Shown: positions 29,281 to 40,121, counted from the first letter of the stretch. The stretch is DNA of 64,000 nucleotides from Alphaproteobacteria bacterium (GCA_965216605.1 CBDCGG010000002.1:1159871-1223870), one strand, 5' to 3'. The notes: a model not told the origin generated them from the sequence alone. A program made the numbers and translations.

Positions 29281-29712
29281 TATTATTGACGCACACGGCA
29301 AGCCGTGCGCTATGCATGCTCGCGCAACAGACACGAGCTTTTTGTATTAAACGGCAAAACGCAAGACGAGCGAGCCGTAGGCGAAGTGAGTTTTGCGCAT
29401 GGGGGGTGTGGGGGGACGAAGTTCCCCCGCAAAAGACCCCGCGTCAGCGGAGCGCCATAGCACACGGCTTGCCGTGTGCGTCCATGATATGTTGGTGCGC
29501 CTTCTACGCGCGTAACCCGAAGGGTTACGCGCGTAGCCTCTTATTCAAAAGCGCGAGGCTTGCCTCGCGCAATACTGACTTTTAACATGGTAAGGCGATT
29601 CGAGTTTTCCTAGCCCTAGCGACAAAAAAAATCGCGCGCAGTGCGCCTCTTATTCAAAAGCGCGAGGCTTTGCCTCGCGCAAACTGACTCCTACCATGGC
29701 AGAGCAGCTTTG
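29281..29712. repeat. Dispersed modular repeat, copy R4 (composite: A'+B+C+C)
   Basis: Contains gcacggcaagccgtgcgc, ggggggtgtggggggacgaagttcccccgcaaaagaccccgcgtcagcgg, and two copies of cctcttattcaaaagcgcgaggcttgcctcgcgcaa(t/a)actgact. Confidence 0.8.
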
Positions 29713-29730
29713 TTTTGCGGAGAACAGAGA

Positions 29731-32121
29731 CTATTTGTTTCCGCTTTTAAGAATAGCATCATAGAAAGTCTTGTCATGGTATTTTATCATTTTAAAAATT
29801 ATCTTTAAATTTTTCTGTAAATGCAAAAAACTTTCTGATGTTTTGGAGTGGCTGTCAGGATGAATGCGATCATTTAAATTCAGCACAATTGTTTCTACAG
29901 AAAATATTTCTGGATTTTTTTTCCAAAGACTACTTAAACTATTTACAAGAGATTTACCTTCTGCTTTCCAAATGTTCACATACATTTCTAGGAATGTCCT
30001 GACCATGTTGGGAGCGCTAATGCATTCGTCTTCGTTTATTACTTCAGCTTCCATAATGTCATGAAGTTTTTTAAACAAATAAGGAAACAAGGCAGAGCTA
30101 TTTTCTATTACCTTTGGCATTTTAATAAGTTTAGTTTTTAAGTTTACATCTTTTTCAAGCATATACAAAGAACATCCGTATTTTTTTGAGTCTTTGTTTA
30201 TTGGAGGTTGTTTAACCCAATAAATAACTCTTTCGAGAAAGTTTAAATCGTGTGTTAAGATAAAAACTTGCCTTGCTGAAGAAATTTTTTTTCTCATAGT
30301 AATAAACATACCATAAAAATTAATAGTATCAAGGCTGGACACAGGATCGTCGATAATAATTCTTGTGTTAGGAATTATAAATTTATTGCCTTGTTCGTCT
30401 GTTCTTTCAAGTGAAAAAAGAAAATACAAAAATACAATTACATTAATTTCCCCTTCACTTAAAGAATCCACACTGGCTTTTTTCTTATTTCTAAATATTT
30501 CATAGCCAGAAATTTTGCCGCCAGCTGCTTTCAGCTGCAACACGTTGTATCCGAAAAAATTATTTAATTCAGTATTAATTTTATTTGAAAATTCTAATAT
30601 ATTATACATTTTTTTTTCATTTTCAACAATACAACTTTCCATTTTTTCCATGGCAACATCAATTGTCTTCAATGGGCTGGTTTCCGAAAAATTATCTTCG
30701 CAAAGAAAGTTTATTTCTTCTATGTTTATACGATTTTTATAAAAATCTTTCATTCCCTCAGCGATTTTATGAGAAATTAGTTTTTTTCCTGCAATATTCA
30801 TTTTTTGTTCAATTTTAAGCTGGTTGTCATTGAATATTAAAATCATTCTATTGATTTTTTCTAATATTTCTTTCAGATACGTTTTGCTTTTATTTAATGT
30901 TTCAATAATAATAGGCGCGACATTTTTCTTTATGTATATTTGATTTTTCTTTGATTGTATTTTTTCTTTAAGATTGTCGATAGCATTCAAATAACCACTT
31001 ATTTTTTCTGAAAAATCAAGCTGAATTTTTTCTATTTCTACTTTTTGCCCTGAATCAAAAAAAGTAAAGTTATCTATATGAATTTTATAATGCGTAATTT
31101 TTTCTTTTTGCTGCTCAAGGCATGTAGAGTCATTTTCTAATTTTTGTATCAAAGCATTTGTGTCTGGATTGAAATGTTTTTTTAATTTATCAATTAATTG
31201 GGATGATATTGTATTTTCGCAAAATTCACATTTCTCTTTTTTGTCAGCGTGAATTTCCAATCCTAATTTTACCCAATTAGATACTGTGCCTTCCATATCC
31301 ATTACCCTTTTGTCGACTTCGCCTTCAGGTATAGAAGACAAGTGTTCTGCCATTTCGTCGTAGTTAATTTCTTCTGGATAGTAAATTTTATACATAGGGT
31401 TTTCTGATTTTCTGTCGATATCTTGCTCAAAATTAATATATTGTGTGTTGTCTAATATTTCGTTTTCTATTTTATCTTTAAAGCTATTTAAATCTCTATT
31501 CACTTTAGATTTTTCATAATTTGCAACATCAAGATTTTTTCCGTATTGCGTGCCTCTGAAAAATGTTTTAATGTTGACGGCTATGTTTTTCATGCACTCT
31601 TCGTAAATATATATTCGGATTTGCTTTAATTTTGCAATTTTTACTTTCAAGCTTCTATTAGCATCTAATAATTTTATTTGTGGCTCTCCTAGCATAATTT
31701 TTTTTATATTCTTCTCCTGAAGATTTTCTGGAAAAAAATTATCTTTAACATACTCTCTATCAAATAAAGCGATATGCTCATCTTCCGTTTCGTTTTTGTC
31801 GATTTCAAATTCAACTGAAAGTCCCATGTCTTTGTAATAATTTTCTTGCTCGTCATTTTTGTAAGAAAGCAAGCGTGAAAAAATTGTTTTTCCAACCCCG
31901 TTTAATCCAAAAATCACGTTGCGGTCTGAAAAATCAAAATTTTTACATGCGTTTTCGTTCCAAGAGAAGTCCCTAAAAACCCATTCAGTATCAGGAGCAC
32001 TACTGTATTTGCTGATAACTCCTTCATCGAGAGTAATTTTTTTTATCTTCCTCAACATTTTCTTTCTCCTCGCAAAGCGTTTTGCTTTCTTAGAAATAGC
32101 ACAAGTTTTTTCTCCTGTCAA
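29731..32121 (-). CDS. RloC-like anticodon nuclease / AAA_13-type ABC ATPase with Zn-hook coiled coil (low-GC island b)
   Basis: 796 aa at about 30% GC. Walker A NVIFGLNGVGKT near the N-terminus, a long coiled-coil insertion with CxxC (KEKCEFCENT) zinc-hook, Walker B/D-loop IIIDDPVSSLD, H-loop ILTHD, then an about 150-aa C-terminal domain (PrrC/RloC-like ACNase region). Confidence 0.6.
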   Translation of the reverse strand: MTGEKTCAISKKAKRFARRKKMLRKIKKITLDEGVISKYSSAPDTEWVFRDFSWNENACKNFDFSDRNVIFGLNGVGKTIFSRLLSYKNDEQENYYKDMGLSVEFEIDKNETEDEHIALFDREYVKDNFFPENLQEKNIKKIMLGEPQIKLLDANRSLKVKIAKLKQIRIYIYEECMKNIAVNIKTFFRGTQYGKNLDVANYEKSKVNRDLNSFKDKIENEILDNTQYINFEQDIDRKSENPMYKIYYPEEINYDEMAEHLSSIPEGEVDKRVMDMEGTVSNWVKLGLEIHADKKEKCEFCENTISSQLIDKLKKHFNPDTNALIQKLENDSTCLEQQKEKITHYKIHIDNFTFFDSGQKVEIEKIQLDFSEKISGYLNAIDNLKEKIQSKKNQIYIKKNVAPIIIETLNKSKTYLKEILEKINRMILIFNDNQLKIEQKMNIAGKKLISHKIAEGMKDFYKNRINIEEINFLCEDNFSETSPLKTIDVAMEKMESCIVENEKKMYNILEFSNKINTELNNFFGYNVLQLKAAGGKISGYEIFRNKKKASVDSLSEGEINVIVFLYFLFSLERTDEQGNKFIIPNTRIIIDDPVSSLDTINFYGMFITMRKKISSARQVFILTHDLNFLERVIYWVKQPPINKDSKKYGCSLYMLEKDVNLKTKLIKMPKVIENSSALFPYLFKKLHDIMEAEVINEDECISAPNMVRTFLEMYVNIWKAEGKSLVNSLSSLWKKNPEIFSVETIVLNLNDRIHPDSHSKTSESFLHLQKNLKIIFKMIKYHDKTFYDAILKSGNK

Positions 32122-32226
32122 CCCTTTTCTTCATCCGCCGTTTTCCGCCGCCTGTGTCGCCACCGCCGCCGCAACCCTCAAGAAAAAAACTTGCCTTGCT
32201 TCAAGAATCTTGCTAGAATGAGCCCC

Positions 32227-33420
32227 ATGCACATCTCCGATATCAAAACCCATGTCGTAGGTAATCCGAATCCCTCGTTCGGAGGGCGGTATTTCGTCTT
32301 CCTGAAACTAACAACAAAGTGCGGCATCAAAGGCTTCGGCGAAGTCTACAGCACAAGTATCTCCCCACATCTCCTCCCCCCCATCCTCGAAGATCTATGC
32401 GCACGCTATCTCGCAGGAGAAGATCCACACAAAATAGAAACCCTCTTCCGAAAAATATACAGCAGCGGATACACACAACGACCCGATCTAACAATAATGG
32501 GATGCATAAGCGGACTGGAAATGGCCTGTTGGGACATCATCGGCAAAGCAGCAAACCAACCCATCTATAACCTGCTAGGAGGAGCAGTCTTCAAACGATT
32601 GCGCACCTACACCTATCTCTACCCATACAAAAACGACAAAACTTGCGTCTACGAAAATCCAGAACTCGCCGCTACACGCGCCGCCGACATGGTAGCGAAA
32701 GGGTTTACTGCCGTCAAATTCGATCCCGTCGGTCCATACACAATTCTAGATCCTCGACAACTCTCTCTCGCATCGCTGGATAAATCCGAGCGGTTCGTGC
32801 GTCTGCTACGCCAAGCCGTCGGCGATAAAGCCGATCTGCTCTTCGGAACGCACGGACAAATGACAGCTAGCAGCGCAGTGCGTCTCGCTCGCAGATTGGA
32901 GGCAAGCGACCCCCTCTGGCTGGAAGAACCCGTACCCCCCGACCATGTCGATAGCATGGCGCGCGTCGCCAAGGCGACATCAATACCCATCGCAGCAGGA
33001 GAACGACTCGCAGGCAAAACCGACTTTCTACGCTTGTTGCAGAAAGGCGCAGTGTCCATCGTTCAGCCAAATCTAGGGCGGTGCGGAGGAATCCTAGAAG
33101 GTAAAAAAATCGCCGTACTAGCAGAAGCGCACGGCGCGCAACTCGCTCCGCACTTGTATTGCGGACCAATCGTCGGCGCTGCCAATATTCAACTCGCAAC
33201 CTGTTCTCCGAACTTTTTGATACTAGAGGGAATTTTGCAGTGGGGAGAATTTCACGCAAAAATATTGAAAAAACCCATCGTATGGCAGGAAGGTTATGTC
33301 ATCCCTTCACGAGAGGCAGGCTTGGGAGTAGAACTCGACGAGGCAGTGGCAGAGGCGCATCCATACAAGGAAAAACCTTTGCATTTGGAGGTGCAAGATC
33401 AACCCCTGCCGCCTCACTAA
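32227..33420 (+). CDS. Enolase-superfamily sugar-acid dehydratase (D-galactonate/D-mannonate dehydratase-like)
   Basis: MHISDIKTHVVGNP...FVFLKLTTKCGIKGFGEVY N-terminal capping domain, a TIM-barrel with metal ligands, and …LAPHLYCGPI…. Confidence 0.7.
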   Translation: MHISDIKTHVVGNPNPSFGGRYFVFLKLTTKCGIKGFGEVYSTSISPHLLPPILEDLCARYLAGEDPHKIETLFRKIYSSGYTQRPDLTIMGCISGLEMACWDIIGKAANQPIYNLLGGAVFKRLRTYTYLYPYKNDKTCVYENPELAATRAADMVAKGFTAVKFDPVGPYTILDPRQLSLASLDKSERFVRLLRQAVGDKADLLFGTHGQMTASSAVRLARRLEASDPLWLEEPVPPDHVDSMARVAKATSIPIAAGERLAGKTDFLRLLQKGAVSIVQPNLGRCGGILEGKKIAVLAEAHGAQLAPHLYCGPIVGAANIQLATCSPNFLILEGILQWGEFHAKILKKPIVWQEGYVIPSREAGLGVELDEAVAEAHPYKEKPLHLEVQDQPLPPH

Positions 33421-33442
33421 TAATATAACTTAAGGAGACACT

Positions 33443-34417
33443 ATGTCGGAAATTTCTTCAGAAAGTCCTCGTTATGCTTTTGTCGGGCTAGGGGCGTTGG
33501 GCTTTCATCTTGCCAGCTGTTTGGCACGAGCGGGCTTTACGCTGTTTGTGCATGACCTCGATGCTTCTAGGGGGGATGCCTTGTTACGAAGGCTGGAGGA
33601 GCAGGAAGACAAAAATGGAAACAAAGGAGGAGCGGAGAATGTAAGGGTTTGTTCTTCGGTAGCGGAGGTTGTTGCGGAGGCGGATGCTTTGATAACTTGC
33701 TTGCCTACTCCGAGTGCGGCGCGGAGTGTTATTGAGGAGGCGGTCGGAGTTTTATCGGCGGGCAGTTTATGGATTGAGATGAGTACGAACGATCCTTGTG
33801 CCTTGCGAGAGATGGCGGAGTTTGCTAAGGGGGAGGGAATTGAGACTTTGGCGGTACCTGTGACGGGGGGCGTTCATCGCGCGGCGGCGGGGGAGATAAC
33901 TTTGTTGATCGGGGGTGATGAGAAATTATGGAAGGCGCACAGGGGAGCATTCGATGCGATGGGGGGAAAGCAGATATGGATAGGTTCTTTGGAGCAGGCT
34001 GCCGAGATTAAGGCGATTACGAACATGTTAGCGTTTGTTCATTTGGCTGCTGCGGGGGAGGCGATGGCTTTGGCGCAGGCGAGCGGGGTTGATTTGGGGG
34101 TAGCATTTGAGGCGATAAGTCATAGTTCGGGAAATTCGTTTGTTTTTGAGACGGAGGGGCAGGTGATTTTGAATGGGAGTTATCATATTGATTTCACGAT
34201 GGATTTGGCATTGAAGGATTTGGGTTTTGTGCGGGCTTTGGCGGAGCGGAAGGGGATTCCTCTGTCGTTGGCTAGTTTGGTGGAGGAGATATTTATCAAG
34301 GCTAGGGAGGAATATGGGGGTGCGGCTCAGTCACCGAGGATTGTGAAATTGTTGGAGGAGAGGATTGGGAGGGAGTTTCGCGCGAGGGGGTTTCCGGGGG
34401 TGTTGCCGCCGGGGTGA
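33443..34417 (+). CDS. 3-hydroxyisobutyrate dehydrogenase-family NAD(P)-dependent oxidoreductase
   Basis: Rossmann motif AFVGLGALGFHLASCLARAGF and a 6PGDH-like C-terminal domain. Coding strand is C-depleted. Confidence 0.7.
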   Translation: MSEISSESPRYAFVGLGALGFHLASCLARAGFTLFVHDLDASRGDALLRRLEEQEDKNGNKGGAENVRVCSSVAEVVAEADALITCLPTPSAARSVIEEAVGVLSAGSLWIEMSTNDPCALREMAEFAKGEGIETLAVPVTGGVHRAAAGEITLLIGGDEKLWKAHRGAFDAMGGKQIWIGSLEQAAEIKAITNMLAFVHLAAAGEAMALAQASGVDLGVAFEAISHSSGNSFVFETEGQVILNGSYHIDFTMDLALKDLGFVRALAERKGIPLSLASLVEEIFIKAREEYGGAAQSPRIVKLLEERIGREFRARGFPGVLPPG

Positions 34418-34430
34418 GTATGTTTGTGAG

Positions 34431-34560
34431 GGGGTAGGGGAGTGGCGTGTCTGTTCGGCTTGCTTGCGCTACCTTGCGGGCGCGCTACGCAGGTTTGATG
34501 AAAAGTAAGCGCAGCCGGACACGGACTTCGTCGTGCATCGGCAGTTATATCCGTCAATAG
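34431..34560. repeat. Partial copy of dispersed repeat (R4b)
   Basis: gcttgcttgcgctaccttgcgggcgcgctacgcag is shared with 39640-39680. Confidence 0.5.
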
Positions 34561-34703
34561 AAAAAGCGCGTGTCTGCCTTTGCGGAGATGTGCGGGGACG
34601 AGCCGTCTTGCAATTTCTGTGCCGGCTCGCCCCACCAATCTAGCGTAGTTCAGTTCAGCTCAGAAATATCTCCTGCGTGTAGCAGCGCATCTCCCTGCTG
34701 CTA

Positions 34704-36365
34704 TCAGCGGTTGAGGTATTCCCGTTCTCGTCTGTCTCTCGCATTTGGCGCAGGGAAATCTTCGTGCAAGGTCTTCACCATGCCATAGACCATGAAGACT
34801 AACATGACAGCAAGCGGCACCCCCGCGATGATCGAGGCTGTTTGCAGAGCAGACAATCCTCCGATCCGCAAGAGTATGCCCGCAACAACGCCAGAGGTGA
34901 CACCCCAGAACAATCGAAACCTTATCGGAGGACTTTCGTCTCCCATCGAAAGCATGGTGGACATCACCAACGTGCCAGAATCCGACGAGGTCACAAACCA
35001 AGATACCAAAAGAAGGGTGATGAGAATCGTGATCGGCGTCACCAAGCTTTGATACCCAAAACCCGCGACCGTTTGAAACACGCCAGAGGCGTAGTCCGCA
35101 TTGACAGCCTCAGCAACGCCCGCGTTGTTGAGAAGATCAACCCCCGCCGCCGCTCCGCCAAAGACACCCATCCACACGATGACAACAGAAGTAGGCACCA
35201 GCAGGACATAAAGGCAGAACTCTCGAATGGTGCGTCCCTTAGAAATGCGGGCGATAAACATCCCGACGAAGGGACACCACGCAATCCACCACCCCCAGTA
35301 GAAGATCGTCCACCAACTCTGCCAATCGTTGCCGGGCTCGGTATTGACCCAAAAGCCCATGGGGATGACATTCCACAGGTAATCGCCCGCGCTAGAGACC
35401 ACCATGCCCAAAATGAACCCCGTAGGTCCTAGCACGAGGAAGATAATAAGCAGACCAATGCTGAGCCAGACATTCCACTCACTCAGAATGCGAACGCCTT
35501 TGTTGACCCCAGAGACAGCAGAGGCAGTGCCTAATGCCGTGATGATCGCTATAAGTACCAGCTGGTTTGTGATGGTGTTGGGCAGCCAGCCGAGATTGCC
35601 CAACCCGTTGCCGATGGCGACGACTCCAAGTCCCAGCGATGTGGCGAGACCGAAAATCGTGCCAAAGACGCAGAGCAGATCGACGATATGCCCCCAGACA
35701 CCGTATATCCTGTCTTTCAACACAGGATACAAGGCGGAGCGCAGAGAAAGCGGCAGTCCCTTGCGGTAAGAAAAGTAGGCGAGAGAAAGCCCGACCAAAA
35801 CATAAAGCGCCCAACCATGGAAGCCCCAGTGAAAGATGGTGATGCGAATGGCGATTATCGCCGCATCCACGCTGTTCGCGGCTACCCCTTCATGCGCCAT
35901 AAAGGGATTGTCTTGAATGTGATACATCGGCTCTGCGACACCCCAATAGATGAGCCCAGAAGCGAGCCCCGCGCTGAAAAGCATACACACCCACGAGAAA
36001 GTCGAGAAATCGGGTTTCTCATTGTCCTTGCCCAATTTGACATGCCCGAAGCGGCTGAACATAAGCCAAAGGACAAAAAACAGCACTCCAGAGACGACCG
36101 CGACATAAAACCAGTCCAGCGTGGAGCTGATGAAACTCTTGCCGAGCTCAAAGAATTTGCCCGAGTAGTCCACATCCCAGACCGTGAAGGTCACGAACCC
36201 AATGATCATGAGCGTCGAGGCGATGCCCATAAAGGTGTTCGCTCCTGCGAATAATCCCGATTTCGCAACCAGATTATTGGGGTTGCTACGAAGTTTTTTA
36301 GCCATGATTGTGTTTTCTCCTTTGCTTTTTCCGTGGCAAGATCCAATTTCTTGGCTCAATAGCAC
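34704..36365 (-). CDS. BCCT-family betaine/carnitine/choline transporter
   Basis: 553 aa with 12 TM segments and BCCT signature regions (…WTIFYWGWWIAWCPFVGMFIARISKGRTIREF…). Confidence 0.85.
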   Translation of the reverse strand: MLLSQEIGSCHGKSKGENTIMAKKLRSNPNNLVAKSGLFAGANTFMGIASTLMIIGFVTFTVWDVDYSGKFFELGKSFISSTLDWFYVAVVSGVLFFVLWLMFSRFGHVKLGKDNEKPDFSTFSWVCMLFSAGLASGLIYWGVAEPMYHIQDNPFMAHEGVAANSVDAAIIAIRITIFHWGFHGWALYVLVGLSLAYFSYRKGLPLSLRSALYPVLKDRIYGVWGHIVDLLCVFGTIFGLATSLGLGVVAIGNGLGNLGWLPNTITNQLVLIAIITALGTASAVSGVNKGVRILSEWNVWLSIGLLIIFLVLGPTGFILGMVVSSAGDYLWNVIPMGFWVNTEPGNDWQSWWTIFYWGWWIAWCPFVGMFIARISKGRTIREFCLYVLLVPTSVVIVWMGVFGGAAAGVDLLNNAGVAEAVNADYASGVFQTVAGFGYQSLVTPITILITLLLVSWFVTSSDSGTLVMSTMLSMGDESPPIRFRLFWGVTSGVVAGILLRIGGLSALQTASIIAGVPLAVMLVFMVYGMVKTLHEDFPAPNARDRREREYLNR

Positions 36366-36447
36366 ACGCCCCCTGCCTATTTCCAGCGTAGAACAGAAAA
36401 ATATCAGCTGTCAACAGCAGATCGCAGATACTTGTAATTTTTTTTAA

Positions 36448-36720
36448 GCGCTTAAGAGGCGCACTGTGTGCGTTCTTTTCTCCTTTAGGTGAGCGGGAAA
36501 CAGGATCGCCGTGCCGTGTTACGAGTCAGCTTGCGCATTGCTTCGCAATGCGCTTTTGAATAAAAGGCTACGCCCTTCGCGCTTCGCGCGAAGGGCGTAG
36601 ATAAAGCGCGCTTGCGTGCGCGTGTTTTGCGCCCGTCATCGTACAAAGCCCGTTACAATTTTTGTCGTTGCGCAGCGCGCCCGTAAGGAAGCGCAAGCAA
36701 GCAACGACAAAAAAACACAA
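36448..36720. repeat. Dispersed modular repeat, copy R5 (inverted orientation; modules C+A-like)
   Basis: agtcagcttgcgcattgcttcgcaatgcgcttttgaataaaaggctacgcccttcgcgcttcgcgcgaagggcgtag... tgttttgcgcccgtcatcgtacaaagcccg. Confidence 0.75.
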
Positions 36721-36826
36721 GCGCGAACGCAACAGACACACCACGCCCCCGTAAAGTTATCCCCGAAGTTATTCCTTTTCTATTAAGCCCCTCATCCTCC
36801 CATATTTTTTCCTCTATACTGCGCCC

Positions 36827-38380
36827 ATGTCCGAATCAGCCGCCATCCCCCATACGCCCCCCATCTCCCAGCTTCCCACAGCCAATGGAGAAACACCCCC
36901 GCCCGTATCCTCCGCTGCGACTGCCCTCGCCGAAACGACCTCGCCGTTGCAACTCGAAGAAGTCGAACAAGCCCTGCTAGGTGCCATGCTCCGCAATAAC
37001 CGAGTCTACGACGACCTCGCCGATAAACTCTCTGACGAAGACTTTCATCACCCCGCCCATCAAATCATCTACAAAACGCTCGGCGAACAAGCACTCCGCG
37101 GACAACAAGCAAATGCCCTAACCCTCGCCTATCTGCTCTCCGACGACGAAGCCCTTTCCGCACAAGGCGGCGCAGAATATCTCTCCTACCTAGAAAACGC
37201 ACTCCTCCCCAGCGTCCCGAAAGACTACGCCCGAATCCTCCGCGATCTCCGCCTCAGACGAAACCTCGTCGATATAGGACAAACAACATCCGCTAAAGCA
37301 CAAAAAGTCGAACCCCAAGTGCAAGCCGATGCGCTCATCGAAGAAGCCGAAGAAAAACTCTTCAATCTAGCTACCATCGGAGAACAAGAACAAATCCTAC
37401 ACGATATCGGATCAGCATCCGAAAACGCTCGGCAAATCGCAGAAAGAGCCATGGAGCGAAAACGAGACCTCGTCGGAATCAATACAGGATTTACCAAACT
37501 CAATCAAATGCTAGGAGGACTCCACGACTCAGATCTCGTCATATTAGCTGGCAGACCTTCGATGGGTAAAACCGCGCTCGGACTAACTATCGCCTACAAC
37601 GCCGCCCAACAAGTCGTGCGAGATCCCGAAGAGCCCGGACGCACACTCTTCTTCTCGTTGGAAATGTCGGCAGAACAACTCGCAACAAGGCTCATCGCCG
37701 CGCACTCAGGTATATCCAACGATAGGATCCGCCGCGGAGAAATACGACGCGACGACTTCGAAAAAATATCCGAAGCATCTCGCTACATGGCAGAACTGCC
37801 CCTATACATCGACGATAGCGCAGCGCTCAGCGTCAGCGCGCTCCGCCAACGCGCGCGTCGAGCGAAAAGGCAGAAAAATATCGATCTCATCGTCGTAGAC
37901 TATCTACAATTATTACATCTGGCGCACGGAGAGTATCGTGAGAATCGTGTTCAAGAAGTCTCCAGTATAACGCGCGCCCTCAAGGCGTTGGCGAAGGACT
38001 TAAATATACCTGTGCTTGTGCTCTCGCAGCTCTCGCGTGAGGTGGAGAAGCGCGAACCTCCGCGTCCGCAGCTCTCCGACTTGCGCGATTCGGGCGCGAT
38101 CGAGCAGGATGCCGATGTCGTCATGTTTGTCTATCGAGAAGCATACTACCTCGCGCGCAAAGCTCCCGAACAGCGCGAGGAAGAAAGTATCGAGCAGTTT
38201 CAAGCTCGCCACAAACGCTACCTAGATCTGTTAGAGCCAAAGCGCAACAAGGCAGAGCTGTTGATTTCCAAACAGCGACACGGACCCGTCGGCACGGTGG
38301 AGCTCTTCTTCGATGGAAATCTCGCGCGCTTTGCTAACTTGGAGACCGCAGAGCGAGAAGAGAACGAAAGCGGCTTTTGA
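36827..38380 (+). CDS. dnaB: Replicative DNA helicase DnaB
   Basis: DnaB N-terminal domain, Walker A GRPSMGKTAL, Walker B DLIVVDYLQLL. 517 aa. The 5' about 1 kb is G-depleted. Confidence 0.9.
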   Translation: MSESAAIPHTPPISQLPTANGETPPPVSSAATALAETTSPLQLEEVEQALLGAMLRNNRVYDDLADKLSDEDFHHPAHQIIYKTLGEQALRGQQANALTLAYLLSDDEALSAQGGAEYLSYLENALLPSVPKDYARILRDLRLRRNLVDIGQTTSAKAQKVEPQVQADALIEEAEEKLFNLATIGEQEQILHDIGSASENARQIAERAMERKRDLVGINTGFTKLNQMLGGLHDSDLVILAGRPSMGKTALGLTIAYNAAQQVVRDPEEPGRTLFFSLEMSAEQLATRLIAAHSGISNDRIRRGEIRRDDFEKISEASRYMAELPLYIDDSAALSVSALRQRARRAKRQKNIDLIVVDYLQLLHLAHGEYRENRVQEVSSITRALKALAKDLNIPVLVLSQLSREVEKREPPRPQLSDLRDSGAIEQDADVVMFVYREAYYLARKAPEQREEESIEQFQARHKRYLDLLEPKRNKAELLISKQRHGPVGTVELFFDGNLARFANLETAEREENESGF

Positions 38381-38435
38381 GACTTGCGAATAAAATTAAA
38401 AAATTAGTTAGAAAATTAGTTAGATTGGTTAGATT

Positions 38436-39611
38436 TTGCGTGCTCGGATAACCTTTGATGAGGAGGCTTTGTCTGCCAATGTTGCGTTGATGCGCGGCGT
38501 TTGCGGAGGTGCGGCGTTACATGCGGTTATCAAGGCGGGTGCTTACGGGTTAGGCGCGGGGTTTGGAGGGTTAGATTGGCTTACGGACAAATTGCTCGCA
38601 TTGGGTTGTAGCGCGTTTGTTTTTGCGGAGTGGGAGGCGGCGGTTTCGGTGAGGGCGCGTCATCCTTCGGTTTCTTGCTTTGCTTTGAACGGAATTGTAG
38701 GGCGCGAGGATGCGGAGGGTTGTTTGGAGCATGGCATTCTGCCTGTTCTCAACACTTTGGATTCGTGGCATTTGTGGCAGGAGGTTTCGGCAAAAATTTC
38801 AGGAGGGATTTCAGGAGGAATTTCAGAAGGTGTTTCAGAAGGAAATGCGCCTTACGCGCTGCATGTAGATACGGGTATGAATCGGTTGGGATTAAGGGAG
38901 GAGGAGGCAAGGGTTGTTGCTGAGAAGTTGCGCGAGGGGGGAGTTATGTATTCTCCGATGTGGTTGATATCTCATTTAGCTTGTGGGGATGATCAGGTAT
39001 CTTCTTACAATTTGGAGCAGTTAGAGAAATTTAAAAAAATATGTCTTTTATTTCCTGATTCGCTCAAGAGTTTTGCTAATTCTGCGGGTTGTTTTTTGGG
39101 GGAGGAGTATCATTTTGATGCGGTTCGGGTGGGGGCTAGTTTGTATGGATTGAATCCTGTTAGGCGGTTTCGAGATGGCGGGGGTTATAGGGAGAGTGAT
39201 AGGGGGAGATTGCGGAATGTTGTTTCTATTGATGCTCCGATTATTCAGGTGCGGGATGTTGGGATTGGGGAGGCTGTGGGTTATGGGTGTCGGTGGGTTG
39301 CTAGGCGAGATAGCAGGATTGCGATTGTTGCTTTTGGGTATGGGGATGGGTATCCGTTTTGTTGTGGGGGTAGTGGGGTATATCAGGAGGGTATTTTGGG
39401 AGGGGGTTGTGTTCGGGTTGTGGGTCGTGTATCGATGGATTTATTGGCGATGGATGTGACGGATTTGGGGGTTGGGTATGGGGTTGGGGATTATGTTGTT
39501 TTGTTGGGGGGGGGGATTAGTGCGGAGCGGATTGCGTGGGGTGCGGGAGATTTGAATTACAATGTTTTGGGGGGTATGGGGAGTAGGGGGTTGGGGAGGG
39601 CTTTGTGTTGA
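38436..39611 (+). CDS. alr: Alanine racemase
   Basis: PLP-Lys region (…AVIKAGAYGLGAG…) and C-terminal beta domain (…GRVSMDLLAMDVTD…). Contains an ISGGISGGISEGVSEGN insertion. Coding strand C-depleted. Confidence 0.7.
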   Translation: MRARITFDEEALSANVALMRGVCGGAALHAVIKAGAYGLGAGFGGLDWLTDKLLALGCSAFVFAEWEAAVSVRARHPSVSCFALNGIVGREDAEGCLEHGILPVLNTLDSWHLWQEVSAKISGGISGGISEGVSEGNAPYALHVDTGMNRLGLREEEARVVAEKLREGGVMYSPMWLISHLACGDDQVSSYNLEQLEKFKKICLLFPDSLKSFANSAGCFLGEEYHFDAVRVGASLYGLNPVRRFRDGGGYRESDRGRLRNVVSIDAPIIQVRDVGIGEAVGYGCRWVARRDSRIAIVAFGYGDGYPFCCGGSGVYQEGILGGGCVRVVGRVSMDLLAMDVTDLGVGYGVGDYVVLLGGGISAERIAWGAGDLNYNVLGGMGSRGLGRALC

Positions 39612-40110
39612 GCGCGCTTGCTTGTGTGTTGAGCGTGTTTGTCTCTGCTTGCTTGCGCTACCTTGCGGGCGCGCTACGCAGAGACAGACACGCGCTTTTT
39701 TGATTAGGGCTGTGCTGTGGATTTTTGTTTTTGTGGTGTGTATCTGGTTTTGTTTGTCTGTTGCGTTCGCGCTTGTGCTTTTTAATGGCACGCGCTTACG
39801 CAACAGACTTGCTTTGTATATTGACGGATGCAAAACATCGTGCGCGTAGCGCACGGGGAGCGCGAGGGAGTAATCCCTCGCAAAAGACCCCGCGTCAGCG
39901 GGGCGCGATAGCGCCTTCTACGCGCGTAGCGCGTAGCCTCTTATTCAAAAGCGCGAGGCTTGCCTCGCGCAAGCTGACTCGTAACATTGTACGGCGATTC
40001 TGTTTTCCGCTCACCTAGAGACAAAAAGAATCGCACGAAGTGCGCCTCTTATTCAAAAGCGCGAGGCTTGCCTCGCGCAAGCTGACTCGCAACGCGACAC
40101 AGTGCTACTA
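39605..40110. repeat. Dispersed modular repeat, copy R6 (largest composite: A+B+C+C)
   Basis: All three modules present. Module C is duplicated (39925-39975 and 40045-40095) with gcgcgaggcttgcctcgcgcaagctgactcg. Confidence 0.8.
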
Positions 40111-40121
40111 TTTTTTAAAAA

